Below are positions 10,913 through 29,232 of a stretch of DNA of 64,000 bases, piece by piece (position 1 is the stretch's first letter; each line of letters opens with the position of its first letter). The stretch is from Batkoa obscura (lineage: Eukaryota). The stretch is taken from positions 186,001 to 250,000 of the forward strand of contig JASVEC010000010.1 of the NCBI GenBank assembly GCA_030770535.1, in the 5' to 3' direction. A program made the position numbers and the translations under genes. The notes below the pieces were generated by a model. That model had not been told where the DNA came from, did no database searches, and was given only the letters and a program-made list of their open reading frames with translations.

Positions 10913-12505
10913 TTAATATCTTAATTGAGACTGATAAATATCCAAAAGTTTAATAATATCAGAATCAGAATGATGGGTAATCTTTAAGTTATTCAATGCT
11001 AAATTACAACTTTCCAATACTTTTCCAATTTCTGTTTCTTTTGGCTTCAAACTTGTATCTAAACATTGGTATGCTTGATATTTAGCTAACATAGCAAGTA
11101 GTGAGCTTTTTACCGAATGGTATTTATTATTAAATATTTTTAAATATTTTTTCAGGTTTTCTATAAATTGTTTCTCATTTTCTATATATTCGATTTTCTC
11201 ACTGCTACCTTCTATTGTCATTAGTGATGTTAGTTGTTCAAGATAATAGAAAATTAAATGTTGATAGAGCATTTGCTTTAAATAATGTTCCTCTCCTAAA
11301 CAAATAATTTCCTTTTCAATTTGCTTTTTTTGTTCTTTTGTTATCAATCTCTTTACGTTATTTAACGTCTTTTTAAGCTCAACTAACTTATCCGAATTAG
11401 GTTTTAATTCCATTCCACATCTTTTACAACAGATCTCTATTCCTTTACTACATTTTTCGTTTAATATATTTTCTTTACTACAATTTGAGCAAAAGATTAA
11501 CTCTAAAGGATCGATATCCTAAAAATGGGATTTAATATCATTATCTCAATAAAATAAAAATAGTAATGGTTACCTTTCTTTTTTGATCTTCCAAACATAA
11601 ATTACATTTACATTCAAAATAAAAATTATCTAATAGCCTACTTTTTCTAATTGAATATGGTAATCCAGGTTCCAGATAAGAAATCGTAATTTCTTCTTCA
11701 GGCTGAATATCCTTTAAAGCTTTCAAGACTAATCTTGTGCCCATAAAACCCACTGTAGTATTATTTATACAGCTATGGTTAATTAAAGAAGCAATAAAAT
11801 AACAACCAAGTCCTAAGTTGACCTGTTCTTCATCATTAATAGTTAAACAATTAAATTTAATCCTTGACCAAGTTTCTAATATTTCTATTGGATTTGAGAA
11901 CTCTTTTTTAATATCAATAAAAGATGAGCTCATTAAACTTAATTTTCCATATTCTTGTTTATCTTTTGTATTCAAATCATGATAAATTAGCTCATAAAAT
12001 TGCCCTTTCTTATCTTCATCAAGTTGCAACAATCGATTTAAAAGTAATATTGAAGCTTCTAATAATTTATCCTTTCCTTTAATTTTTTTGCATTCTTTAT
12101 TATGAGCTTTCTTCCAATCTTCTAATTGACATTCTTTACTACAGTACTTTACTTTTTTACAATTAGAACATTGCTTTAGTTGTATTGAGTTAATATTTTC
12201 ACCCGAAAATAAACCTTTTAAATTATATGGGTCTGAGTTCAATTTAAAACAATTGTTACATCTTCGAGTTATGTTATCGATAAATAACACATTTGCTAAA
12301 GCTTCTTCTTCAAATAATAGACTGCCTTTAATAAGGTATGTTAATGATGAGAGTGGAATGGATGGCTGAATTAGTTCTTACCTTGTTTTATTAACTGGGC
12401 AGAGTGTAAGCTGTAGCCTTTGATATTATCATATTTTAATGTCAACTTATCTCTCAGTTTTTCCTCTATTATATTGATGCTTTTGGAACTTAGTTGGGCT
12501 CTCAT
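10913..12505 (-). CDS. SET and MYND domain (SMYD-type) lysine methyltransferase, 3 exons
   Basis: MYND finger CNNC..CSNCKKVKYCSKECQLEDWKKAHNKEC; SET motifs ASLINHSC and EEITISY; post-SET FECKCNLC; GT-AG introns at ~12381-12326 and ~11573-11519. Confidence 0.92.
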
Positions 12506-13041
12506 TGTAATTGAAATTAATCGTGAAGGTTATTAAAATAAAAAATTGTATTTTTTTAATTTTTGTAAATCATCAAATTTATTGGGTTTTAATCAAAACA
12601 GGAATTTTTAGTTAAGCTTAAGGCTACATTTTGTAAGTCTGAATACAATATCATTAAAATTATATCTACAAGCAGTGAAATAGAATAGAACACAAACAAT
12701 ATATATTAATCAAAATCATCACATAAGACTATACACAACACATTAAAATAGAGAGTACTAAACGAGCAATATATCAATTTAGCATAAAGCTTCCACTTCC
12801 AAAAAAAGTTGATGCAATTTCCCAAATATAGAAAGGATGATGCTAAATTATTTTATAGTCAAACCTAGTCATCCCATCTCAATTGAAAAAAATAAATATA
12901 TATTTAAGGAGATTAGAAAAGGGGTCATTGACTAAAATTCATTCAGTTTTAAAATTATAAACTTCAGTTCTGTTTTTTATTAATATTATAATATTTTTAC
13001 GAAATATATATATATATACAATATAAAAAAAGAGATAAAGA

Positions 13042-14509
<1,468 letters not shown>

Positions 14510-14877
14510 GGGGGAAAAATAAAAAAGAATAAAAAAGTAGAATAGTTAAATTTTTTGTATCTTTATTACAATTGAAATGGATGACTATTGCTTTTAAAAA
14601 AAGGGCTTAAACCTACTAATTTTAAGTCTATTTGAAAGTATAAAATAAGTATTTAAAACTTAAACTATAGAGTATATTAAGCAAGAGTTAGTACTCTATT
14701 GTAATATTAAAGATATCTTATTTCCTATGATATGGTAACAAAATACAAAAAACAATCGAAAGTTTATTTTATTTCCGATCTAATTTTAATCAGCTTTAAA
14801 ATTCCAAAAAAAATAGGATCATACTAGTTAACTAAATCTTTTATTATAAACAACCAAATAGCATTCCCAACCTTTTA

Positions 14878-15754
14878 TCAATTTTTAATATTAAATAATT
14901 TAATCAATTTCTCAGCTTCTAAATCAATAAATTTATTATATTCAATTGGTAATTTCTTTTCCTCATTATTATTTTCTATCCTATTTATCTTTCTATATAA
15001 TTCAGGATTAATTTCTTTCATTGATTTTTCAGACATTGATTTTAAATATTTGATTCCTTCATTCGACGAGTTGTTTTGATATAATTTCTATTTTTAAATG
15101 CAAGATTAGTATATTTATTTTATTACGATAATATAATAAAATAAACAAACTCACCAAAATATTTTGAATTTCTTCATTTTCAAATAGTCTATCTGGTAAA
15201 TAATTGGGCTCTTTAGTTAACCTGTCTATAGCTAATAAAGTTATTAATTTTAAGTAACTTTGATACATTATAATTTTATGATTCTATTTACCTTTTTTAT
15301 CTACCATATTTTCCTCACCAAAATTGAATATTTTTATTAATTCTTCAATTTTTTCTTTGGAAAAATTAAATGTTAAGCCTGGAATTCTTAGTTTTTCTAT
15401 TGTTTGATTACCATTTATTATTCTATTTACTATACTTATTACTATTCACTTACTGTTATTTTCTGTTTCCAATGTTTTAGATAAACTATCATCTTCCATT
15501 AATTCCATAGCTAAACTATCGATATCATTATTTATACTTGAACCCTTTTGGTTAATATTAATTAATTTATATATTAATTCAACACCATATCCTTATTTAC
15601 CTCAGTTGAATTCTCTTCATTATTTTTACGTTTAAGATTGTTATTGGTTTCGGGTAACTAGATTAGAGTTAAGTCAAGGCTTGTAGCTAGCAAATCGTTA
15701 TTGATAACTTACTAATCTTATAAAACGTTCTAATTCTTTCCTTTCTGAGCGCAT
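14878..15754 (-). CDS. Hypothetical protein (multi-exon)
   Basis: Short open exons separated by GTAAGT/GTGAGT..TAG introns, ending ..KFIDLEAEKLIKLFNIKN*; no family recognised. Confidence 0.5.
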
Positions 15755-15970
15755 ACTTGGTAGAGTGAATATTTTATCAAAAAAATAATTAAATAAACAA
15801 AACTGAGTTTTTTAAGTTACTCTTCTCAATTATTTAACCAATAAAAATTATTTATAAAGAGCAAAAAAACTCCAGCTTCAAGCTATTTCAATTATTTTCT
15901 TATTTCTCAATTACAAATTATGATTCATAAAAAACAAATTAATCCAGTAAATACAATATTATATATAATA

Positions 15971-18485
15971 ATGGCAATTAGAGTATTAATGAAACATATA
16001 CGGTTTTAGTTTTTAATATCTTCTGACAGCCCCGTTGCTTCAAATGAATCCAGTGTCAAAAGATATAAAATAGATAAGTTGGAATTAATTAGCAATAATG
16101 AAAAAAAAATCGAAAGAGAAGAAAGTTTTAATTCTACTGAAAATAAGGAAGAAGAAGACGAATTAAAACTGGTACTTATTTTATTTATTACTATTATTTG
16201 ATATTATAGAAATTAATGGGATTTAATTAACATTTAGTTTGTTCAAAGTATTAATCAAATTATTGAGAATGAAAAATTGAAATCAAAAGTAATAAAAGAA
16301 AATACTATAATTCAACCCGATAAAAAAGATACTACATTAAATATAGACAGAATTGGAGTTAATGTTATCAAAGAGATTGTTGATAAGAAACAACCAAAAG
16401 AAAATAAAAATAAACCGATAATTCAAAATAATAAGAAAATACAAGTAATATAATGCAAAATGGATTTATATAAATATTAATTATTATTTTGTTTAGTTTT
16501 TGATTAATAGTGGTAAAATATTCCAAGAGTTAAATATTCAATTTGAAACTCAGATTAAAACTTTGAAGTAAGTTAATAATAATAATAATAACTTTTTTAT
16601 TCTAAAGAAAATCAAAATTAATTCATTTATTTAGTCAACAAAATAAAAATATTGATTTCGATGAATTATCAACTTATATTGATAAGTATACGAAAGTTAT
16701 AAAAGAATATGTAGATGATATTAAAGTAATTTATATAAATAACTAATAGTTAACAATCAATAACTAATAAATTTAAATTTAAATAGGAAAAAACATACTT
16801 TGAAAGTATTTTAGAAACAAAACTATATCGACAAATATCATGCTTGTGGCAATTAATTGATATATTATATATAAAAGAAAATAATGATAAACAATTAAAA
16901 GTGTTAGTATTAACTTGGTTAAAACAAAACTTTGAAAGTAAAATATTTGTTGTTCTATTATTTGTAATATGACGTATTAATTAATTTTAATTTATTATAG
17001 ATTCTTCTATAGTAGATAGTAATAATTTATTGAAATTAGATAAGCCAGAAAATGATTCAAAATTTATTGGGACAATACTTAGGTAAATAAAATTAATATT
17101 ATTAATATATAATAATGATAACAATTTGAATTAAATTAGATGCTTAATTTATGGAAATAATGAAATAGCTATTAAATTATTATCTAAAATTAAAAAGGAT
17201 AATATTGTAGATTACTTGGTTGTAGGTATTTACTAGATTATAGGATAGCGATAGTACTAACAACAATACTAATATTATTTATTTAAGGAATTAATTAAAG
17301 AGTTAAACACTGTAACTTTAGATGAAAGTAAAAATAAAGAAATTAAAGAAAAAAGAATTAAAGAATGGAAAAAAAAAAAAGAGTTAAATGTATTAAATAT
17401 TGATGACATATTTAATTATAAAAAAGGAATAATTGATATTATTGAATTATTAATAATCGAAACAAGAAATCCAAAGAATTTGTTTTGTATATTAATAGAT
17501 TATGAAATATCACTTATGGGCTCAATGAGTTATTTTTTGAGATTTTATTTTGATAAAATTAATAAAAAAGGATTTGGGTAAGTTGATGTATTAATATTGC
17601 TTTGTAATTATTTATATTTAATTTTTATTTAGTACATTAATTCAATTTATTAATAAGTTTGTAAAAAAAAACCAATTTGTCATTGGAAAAGAAAATAATA
17701 ATAAAGAAAACGAATTATTCAATAATTGTATTCAACAGCTATTATGTAATGAGAGTGAAAAGGTAAATTAATAGAAGTAATATAATAATATAACATTAAT
17801 AATAATGATATGGTAGTTTATTAAAAATGTGGATGAATATCCTATTTGGTTTCAATTACATTTCATTGATTTAATGGAAAAGAAAATGATTATTAATAAG
17901 GAAAATAACTTATCCGAAATGTTAAATAGGTAAGTAGAATGTGTTTCTTTAATAATATCAATAGTAATTTTATTTCAACATAGAAAATCCATAATTGAAA
18001 AGAGAGAATTAAATATTCAGAAATATATTGAATCGAATTTAATATTAACTAACGATATTGAAAAAACAAAAGAAATTAATTATAATGAATATTTAAACAT
18101 AATGTTTTTTTATATTTCAAATTTGGATTGTACATTATTGAGTAATTTATTTATGGTAAGAAAATAATAGAACGTTTTATATTTTAGTAAAATGTATTTA
18201 TATTAATACATTATTTTTAGATAACGGATAAAATTGAATTAATCAATAATTCTAATTTAATAGTATTTATAAATCAATTGCTTTTACTATCTTTAAAATA
18301 CAAGTTAATTTATTTACATGATTATATTTGTAAAGTAAGTTTAATAATATTTATATAAATAATAAACACTAATATTGAACAAATTATAGAAAGTAATTGC
18401 GTATTTTAAAAGAGAAGAAAATGAAGTTTATTATATACTCTATAAAGGACAAGTTAAGAATCCACACTTAATAAAAGATGATTGA
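15971..18485 (+). CDS. Divergent Nup85-like protein (many exons)
   Basis: Exons read ISCLWQLIDILYI..VLTWLKQNFE, PENDSKFIGTILR|CLIYGNNEIAIKLL, YPIWFQLHFIDLM, LHDYICK; these parallel the Nup85-like gene at 22616-25202. Confidence 0.6.
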
Positions 18486-18514
18486 TATTAATATTAATAT
18501 TGATAACGAATGAT

Positions 18515-20582
<2,068 letters not shown>

Positions 20583-20732
20583 TATTTTTTATAGTTGGTA
20601 GGTTAAGACTAAAAATGAAAGTATTTTTTTGATTAAAAATTAATGGTATTCAAAGGGAGAGAGAATTAGGAAAATGATTGGTTCTTTTAAAAAATGGATT
20701 TTTTTTGAAACTTCAATTGTAAACTAGCAAAT

Positions 20733-20831
20733 GGGGGTGTTTTTTTTGACTTCATTACTTTTTCCATTTTTTAAGCGCTATTTAAGTGGAAAATTTGTTA
20801 GTAAAATTCTTAAATATAAAAATACATTCCC
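20733..20831 (+). mobile_element. ~98-bp MITE
   Basis: Consensus match; AAAT TSD on both sides. Confidence 0.9.
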
Positions 20832-21017
20832 AAATGTTTTATCTGAGAGTAAGAAATTGAAATTTTTAAGTAGTAAAATGACAATGAGATCGAATTAAGG
20901 TAAAGTAAGAGGAGACAAGGATAGTGGGATTGAGCTATTAAAAGAAAATAGCGTAGATGGAAGGCTTTTATTTTATTAAAGTTGACTATTAAAAGCAAAC
21001 TTCAATAAAGAGAATAT

Positions 21018-21114
21018 GGGAGTGTTTTTTCGACTTCATTACTTTTTCCATTTTTTAAGCACTGTTTGAGTGGGAAATTCGTTAGTAAAATCTTAAACAC
21101 AAAAATACATCCTC
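21018..21114 (+). mobile_element. ~98-bp MITE
   Basis: Consensus match; ATAT flanks. Confidence 0.9.
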
Positions 21115-21119
21115 ATATC

Positions 21120-21177
21120 TTTCCCTCAATAGCACTTAAAAGATGAAAAAAGTCCTAAAGCCAAAAAAAACATCCTC
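21120..21177 (-). mobile_element. Half MITE (inverted, truncated)
   Basis: TTCCCTCAATAGCACTTAAAAGATGAAAAAAG...AAAAAAAACATCCTC matches one half of the consensus. Confidence 0.7.
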
Positions 21178-21501
21178 ATACAATGAAACAAAGTGATGAA
21201 AGAGGTAACGAAAGGATATACAAAAACAAAGTAGGTGTCTATGTTGGCATCAAAATGCTAAAAAGGCTTTAAGGTAGCAAATCAGTATTATATTATTTCA
21301 ACTACATAAAAAGAAGTCCAAATTGTTTACTAATTCTATAATGATCATTTAAAAAATTATTAAACTTCACTGATAACATATTAAATAAGTACTAAAATTT
21401 GATTATAAAGCTTGAATTACAAAGGTTATAAAGTGATTATATTGTAAAATAAATGAATTAATGGTCAGCTTAATGATACAAATTAAAACAACAAAAATTA
21501 T

Positions 21502-21600
21502 GGGGATGTATTTTTGTGTTTAAGAATTTTACTAACAAATTTTCCACTTAAATAGCGCTTAAAAAATGGAAAAAATAATGAAGTCAAAAAAAACACCCCC
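21502..21600 (-). mobile_element. ~98-bp MITE
   Basis: Consensus match; TTAT TSD on both sides. Confidence 0.92.
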
Positions 21601-21832
21601 TTATGTTATTAAGTATAAGATTTAGTATATCAATTAATTTAATTATATTAAAATTTTGTTTAATAGTAGCTAAATACAGTCTAAGATACTATTTTTGATT
21701 AAAATAAAACAAAACTAAATTTAAGTAAATCAAATTAAATTTAAATAAGTTAAACTAAATAAATATTAATTACTTATAGTTTTGTCAATGTTACATAACA
21801 TAATTACATTAACTTATTATTAATTAATATAT

Positions 21833-21930
21833 GGGAGTGTTTTTTTTGACTTCATTATTTTTTCCATTTTTAAGCGCTATTTGGGCGGAAAAATTATTAG
21901 TAAAATTCTTAAACACAAAAATACATCCCC
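21833..21930 (+). mobile_element. ~98-bp MITE
   Basis: Consensus match; ATAT flanks. Confidence 0.92.
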
Positions 21931-22250
21931 ATATATTATTTTCAGCTTATTTTATTTAAAAAATAATATAAAACTTGGGATTAAAACAAAAAAAATAAAA
22001 AATAAAACAAAAAATGTGAAAATAAAATATAAAAAATCATAAAATGAAAAAAATTAGCAATAATTTGTCTTATTTAATTAAATTTCTTATTTAAATTATA
22101 ACTAAATTAGTCATAAGATTATAATTATTGTAAAAGTTAACACTCAACAGTTAGAGCTAAAAACAATATTTACTTAATTAACTGACTATAAAGCAAAAAA
22201 TCTTAGTTTATATAGCCAAATTAGACTTAAAATAATAAAAATAATAAACA

Positions 22251-22339
22251 AAGATGTCCAAGTTAGTTTCAGAATTTAATTAGAAATTAATCCAAATTTT
22301 AAGCTTTCAAATTTATAAGAAGCCGAAAAAAACACTCCC
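22251..22339 (+). mobile_element. Chimeric relic: transposon 5' end joined to a MITE end
   Basis: GATGTCCAAGTTAGTTTCAGAATTTAATTAGAAATTAATCCAAATTTTAA matches 728-780, then runs into GAAGCCGAAAAAAACACTCCC|ATAT (MITE terminus). Confidence 0.7.
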
Positions 22340-22615
22340 ATATATTTATTTGGCCTTATTTTATATTAAAATAAAAATAAAGTATAAGCTTTTATAATTA
22401 AACTTTGAAATTGTGAAATACCATCTGAATTTGTAAGTAATTTTGTAAATTATTTATTAGCATTAGTATCAAAATTTAAGTTTTGGCAACACAAAGATCT
22501 AAAAATTGCAATATAAAAAAAAATAAAACATTAACTTTTTGGTACATTTTTACTAACTTTAGCATAAACCCAAATAGCATTTGTTAATAAAAATAAGATA
22601 TTAAAAATCTCAATT

Positions 22616-25202
22616 TTACTTAACCAACAATCTAAAGCAGGCAGCTTGAATCAATTTATAAGCATCTAAAACAGGATTTAAATCCACTAATAATAAAATA
22701 TCATCTTCATTCTTTAATCTCAATTTTAATTGTGTTTGTAAATTGTGAATTTGATTAACTTGTTCTATTGTAAAATTAGAATTATGATCTAAAATAGGTT
22801 ATTTACTGTTATAAAACCAGTTAATAAAAACTTACTGTTAACCACTTCAGTTGCCTTAAATAGTATAACAAATTTAATAAACCAAGGGATGGATATTGTT
22901 TTGAAACTTATCAATTGTAATAATATATTTGAACTTTGCTCATAATTTTTATTCTAAATAATTTATCATTATTAATCAAAAATAGACTTTAATATTACTT
23001 ACTTCTAACGATTGATCAAAATCCTTTAATAATCCCCAATAGTCTTTAAATTCGGTCAAATATTGAATCAAATTACTGACATATTCGTTATAATAGGAGT
23101 GATCTATAAATAAATAAATAAATAAGTGGTACCAAAAGGAAATATATATTAATTTACCATCCTTAAAATATTTCATCAATATAAAACAATAAATGTTCTC
23201 TTTTAATTCATAATCTTTTTCTTTTAATTGAATCAAATATTTAAAACTTAATATAATTTGTTTTTGTTGCAATAACAACTCAATAAATCTCTAATTTTAA
23301 AATTAATCATTTTCGATTTTCACCTATTGTTATCTTTTTAATTACCTTACAAATAAAATTAAATTCTTTAATTAATTTTAACTTATTACATAGATATAAT
23401 AATCTATCAACAAATTTTTTGTTTTTTACTGAGATCTTCTCAATTACCTAAAATTTAAAATATATTAATATACTATTATATTATTACTATAAAATCAAGC
23501 CTACCTTTAGCGATATTTCAAACTCTATTGGTTGGATTTGGGCTAAGTAAAATAAATTTGTATCTACCAGATAAGATTCTGTTGTAATATTTAAACAATT
23601 CATAAAATTAATTATTCCTTCTTTCTTTTGGTGCATTAAAAAAGATCTATTTAAAATATCAATAAGCATATTGATTCCTTTAGAGTTTCAATAAAATTTT
23701 ACTTTTCACTTACAACTTCTCTCGATTGGTAAATCCTTTCACTTTTTAATATTAAATCACTTAAATGAACTTCCATCCACGGATCAATTTTTCGACAATA
23801 TAATATAAACTAAAATAAAAATAAAAAGAATAACTTAAACATCAAATTATCTCAATACAAATCCTTACATTTTTCCATTCTTTACAAAATAAAAAATAAA
23901 AACTTAACTCAACATCTTGTTTACCAATAATATAATATTTTTTACATATAGCAATTATTTCACTATAAAATGAAAATTTTAATTACTCTATTTTAACTTA
24001 ATAAACCCAAAAAACTTACTCAATCTGTTCAAACATAACTATTGGAAATACAAGGTTTAATAAACTAACAAATAACTCCATCCAACTTTCAGTATATTTG
24101 ACAATAATATTAATTAAATTCTCCATATCATCACTATATCCTGCTACTATTTTTAATAAATCTAATATTACTATTCGTTCTTCATATGAATTGATACTTT
24201 CTTTTTTTTCTTTGATAATGTCAGCTTCTTCCTTATTAATACTATTTTTTGCTAATAAGCTCTTTTGTTTTTTCCATTCAGTTAGCTTAAGTCCATATTC
24301 TTCTATTGTTTCATGTTGTGAATTAAACATCGGCTCACTTTGATAAATTAACTAAGTTTAAAACACATACATTATTCCTTATTTAATAATTATAGAATTA
24401 TGCTTACTTTAATTAATTTTATTATTGGTGTTTGTGGTAAATAATCAATTAATTTTAACGCTGTTTTTTTCTGTCCTCTTAATACGCACCTAAAATTATT
24501 TGTTAATGTGTTAACTACAATTGGTTTTAAATTTTAGAATAAAATTTACTTCATGACCATAGGCAAAAACAACTCATGTTCATGTGGTACTCTTTGATTC
24601 ATAATAAAATTGATCTGTGTTGGAGTAGTTACTAATATAATAAAAACATTAATTCCTTTAAATTACTATCCATCACAAATCTCATTCACTTTACATATAA
24701 AATTATCGTTGAACCAATTAATATATTTTTCAGAAAATAACTCTTTTTTTCCATTATCTCCAAGTATTAAAGTAACTAAACTCCAGATTTTTTTTATCCA
24801 TAGAAATCTATTGTATTCAAATTGGACTTCTTCTGTTTCTATATTCTAGTTTATTTAATGGATAAAATATTTATTATTGAATATCCTAAATTACCTTAAT
24901 AACTTCCAAGTAAGCATCAATTTGTTGCATATATTTTTTGTTGAATAGATTTAATTGTGTACTTGTTAAACAAGCTTCACCTTTTTTTTTATTAAAACTT
25001 AACAATCATTAAAATTTTATATTTCAAAATTAAAAACTTAATTGCTTACTCAAACCCAGTTTCTTCTTTATAGACCTCATTAACCTCCTTATAAATTGAC
25101 GAAGAATATATAATTAACTAATATCTAATTAGCATGTTGTTGATTGAATCATTATAATCCGTTTACTTGATTCTTGGAATATAAATAATAATTCAACGTC
25201 AT
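22616..25202 (-). CDS. Nucleoporin Nup85-like protein (many exons)
   Basis: Motifs ILNWFNDNF, PHEHELFLPMVMK|CVLRGQKKTALKLI, SWMELFVSLL, DPWMEVHLSDLI, IEKISVKN..LLYLCNK..FICK resemble the Nup85 family as I recall it; start codon approximate. Confidence 0.72.
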
Positions 25203-25396
25203 TATTTTAATAAAGCTATTATTTTTTAAAAATAAGACTTTATCCCTAATCCTTACTTATTGCAAAAAAGGGTACTGCAATTATTGCAGTTAACATAGTC
25301 ATGACAAAACCATAAAAGTGGCTTAGCTTTATTCTAAATATTTCAGCTTAAAAAAGTATTTTTTAATCTCGATTAAATAACAAAACAATAAACAAT

Positions 25397-26200
25397 ATGG
25401 ATTATGTTGAATCCTCTCGGAGTCCCTTTAAATGTATATTTCCTTCTATCAATTGGAATTTATTTGGTACCAATCAACGAAGTTTTTTAATTTATTCTTC
25501 TGGTTTTATTGTAAGTAAATTTCCGTTCTATTTTAATTTCATTACTTTTTAGCAAAAGTTAAAAATTTGATTGATAACTAACCATCTTAAATAAAAAGTT
25601 TGCTCTCTCTTGGTGGGTTTTTGTTGATGGTATAATATCTAGTCATTTAGCTAAAGATAACCCAACTCCTCCTGGTGTTGAAGATTATATTGTTGGAGCT
25701 ATTTCGACGTTTGGGATGATTATGTAAGTTTTTTTAAATCTCATTAAATTATAAAAAATGATAATTTTTAATACTTATTACTCATTAAAGTGTTAATTCC
25801 ATTGATCCAGCATTAATTAAAGGAGAATCCTTTTCTTACTCTAGTTCAAGTGTAGCTTGGAAAGCAAGATTATTATTATTTTTTGGTATTACTTGTAATG
25901 TTGGGGCTTTAATCGGGGCTGCGGTAGGTTTTATTAATCATTTTAATCTAACTGTTTTAATATTTTTTAAAAAAAATGATAGACCATTTCAACTATTAAA
26001 TATTATACCAAAACTACTCCAGTAAGTTACGTAGGTACTGGCTTATTGTTTGAGACTTTTGGGATTTTAGTGAGGTAAACTGATGATAATAATTGATTTG
26101 GTTATTTTTTAATTTACATATTTTATTATTTAGTTGTATTATTTTATGGACAGCTCAATCAATGGAAGCAGATGGTGTTTATAATATTGTATTAAGTTAA
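25397..26200 (+). CDS. VPS68: Vps68/TMEM50 (UPF0220) membrane protein, 5 exons
   Basis: IYSSGFIFALSWWVFVDG, EDYIVGAISTFGMIIVNSID, VAWKARLLLFFG; missed by the ORF track because exons are short. Confidence 0.88.
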
Positions 26201-26391
26201 AAAATTATAAATTCTTCAAATTAAATATCATAAAAACTATATTATCTTCTACTTTATCTATTTATTTATTTATTTATTTATATAAAAACTAATATAATTA
26301 AAAAAACTAAGTATAAAATTAATCCGATTTTTATTTGATAGAAATCGCATTTAGCTATATCAAATAAACAACACTTCACTTAATAAAACAA

Positions 26392-29232
26392 TCAAAAATA
26401 GGCAGGACAAGAAGTAGAAAAAGGCAATAATGGGTTAGAATCAATACTTGGATCGTAATTATCAGAATCTTCATTAAATTCACATTCTCTTTTTATATTT
26501 TTAACTTGTGATTTATTACTAAATTTATTATTATTATTATTATTTATGTTATTGTTGCTATTTATATTATTATTATTATTAATTGTTTCATCATATAATT
26601 GTTTCATCCACATATCATAATACATGCCATTAGGGTTATTCATCAATTCGTTATGTGAACCTCTTTCAATAATTTCGCCTTGATTTAAAACTAATATAAT
26701 ATCTGCTTCAATAATAGTACTTAACCTATGAGCAATAATTAAAGTAGTTCTACCTTTTGTAATTGATTTTAATGAAGATTGAATTTGTCTTTCAGTTGTT
26801 GTATCTAATGCAGAAGTAGCTTCATCTAATAATACAATTTTTGGATCTCTTAAAAATGTTCTTGCTATTGCTATTCTTTGTTTTTCACCACCTGATAATC
26901 TTAATCCACGTTCACCTACTTTAGTATGATATTGATCTGGGAAGCTTAATATTCTTTCATGAATTTGAGCTGCTTTTGCTGCAATTTCAATTTCTTGCTT
27001 TGTTGAATTAATTTTTCCATATAATATATTATAATATAAATCTTCATTGAATAATACAGAATCTTGTGGTACTACTCCTATTGATTTTCTTAAATCTTTT
27101 TGTTTCATATCTCTTATATCTTTATTATCAATTAATATTTGGCCTGAATTAATATCATAGAATCGAAATAATAGTCTTAATATAGTTGATTTACCCCCGC
27201 CAGATGGACCAACTAACGCAACTGTTGAACCAGAAGGTACTTTAAATGATATATTTTTTAATATTGATAATCTACTATCGTAATGAAATGATACATTTTT
27301 AAATTCAATTTCCCCTTTTATTATATTAAATTCTTTTACATTTAAGTTATCGTTAATTTCAATCGGCACTTTAAATAAATCTAACATATTTTCCATATCA
27401 ATAAAATTCTTTTGAATTGTTCTATAATAACCACCAAACCAATTTAACGGACCATATAACTGATCAATATAAGCAATTATCCAAATAAATTCATTTAAAT
27501 TAATTTGTTTATTAATTATACGATATGCTCCAATTAAACATCCAACTAATAGTCCTATTTGTATTATTATGTTTTGTAATGTATTTAATATGGAAGATAC
27601 TACTTTAGTTTCTAAATCAGCATTTTGATATTTATCAATTGATTTAGCATATTGATTTACTTCAAATTCTTCATTACCAAAATATTTAATTGTTTCAAAG
27701 TTTAATAAAGAATCAACTGCTCTTGCTTCCATTTCATTATCTAGTTTATTACATCGTCTTCTATATTTTGTTCTCCAATCCGTTAATTTAACTGTTAAGA
27801 TTATATATAAACTAGTAGTTAAAAATACTACTCCTCCAATATAAATATCAAATTTTGTTACAAATACTATTATTGCTACTCCGATATCTATTAATGTTGG
27901 TATTATATTAAATAATACTGCATTTAATACGGATACTACACTAGCTACCCCACGATCTAATAAATTTGTATTTTATTATTATTTATTCAATTATTTAATA
28001 TGGTTTTTTTTTATTTTACCTTGAACCCTTAATATCTCTCCAGTTTTACGGTTAAGATGAAATCTAATAGATAAATTATGTAAATGTTGTAACATACTAA
28101 CAGAAAGTTCACGAGTAGTATACTAAATAAATATTTTAAATATACAGATATTACATATAAAAAAACAAATAATATATTACCTGGCTTACAGGAATCCAGA
28201 CAAAGGTTTGAACATTATTTAATAACCCAATACTACCTTGTAATGATCTTAATAAGACAAATATACCAATTTCCATATATGGTATATTTTCTGTTAATGG
28301 CTTATCTTCAGAAGATAAGGCTTTAATAACTAAAGAATATTGCCTTGGCATTAAAAAATTCACTAATCTACCCGCTATTATTTGTTTAAAAAAATAATGT
28401 ATTAAAAATATTATCATATAAATTTAATCAATAGAAACTTACCCAACATTAAAATGATGGAAATTATAATTAATATTTTTAACTTTATTGAATCTTTGGG
28501 CCATAAAAAAGGTAATATTTGTCTTACTTTACGATTAAAATGCTGAATGCCCTTAAATTGATTTGTACTTAATTCTTCCTCAATCGCGTTTTTTTTACGT
28601 TTATTTTTTAAATAAAAATTACACTCACAATTTGTATTCTCTTCACTTTCCCTTTCTCTTTCATCCCAAGATAGCTTAATAATGGTATAAAGATAAATTT
28701 CATAACAAGTAGTGAAAAAACTTAATAATAATTGAGAAATGAAGATAATAGAATAGACTATTGTTATTTTATGGAATTGAATAAGCAATGAGACAAGGAG
28801 TATTAGACTACTGATTAATAGTGAACGTAATACAATTATAAAATTCAACTTTAATTTTAAACTTTGATAATGATAATTAATAATCAATTGAAAATTTAAA
28901 AAATAATAAATACTTATTACGCCGCTTATTAACTGATTTAACAATTTCCCTTTGATATTTTCTTTTTCTTCAATTTCAAATTGAATATAAATAAATTGAA
29001 TTAATGTATATAATAGTAGAATAGTGTTTAAAAATATTTGGATTTTATTGATTTTGTTGATATAAATTGTTGGACATTGAATATTTGGTTCTTCATTTAA
29101 ACTAGTATAATTGCTTGTGGTGCCACTTGTTCTCAATAGACTAGACAAACTTTTATATTTTAAACAAAGTAAGCTTAAGGATAGATAAGTGATCCATGAT
29201 ATGGGTAATACGATTAGTAGATATATGATCAT
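26392..29232 (-). CDS. Half-size ABCB transporter, HMT1/ABCB6 type
   Basis: N-terminal hydrophobic extension, LPFLWPK, FHLNRKTGEILR, DSLLNFETIKYF, Walker A GPSGGGKS, LSGGEKQR, LLDEATSALD. Confidence 0.93.

Noticed and set aside
26522..26582. (AAT)n / poly-Asn tract in the ABC transporter tail
   Set aside because: Ordinary low-complexity coding microsatellite in an AT-rich genome.
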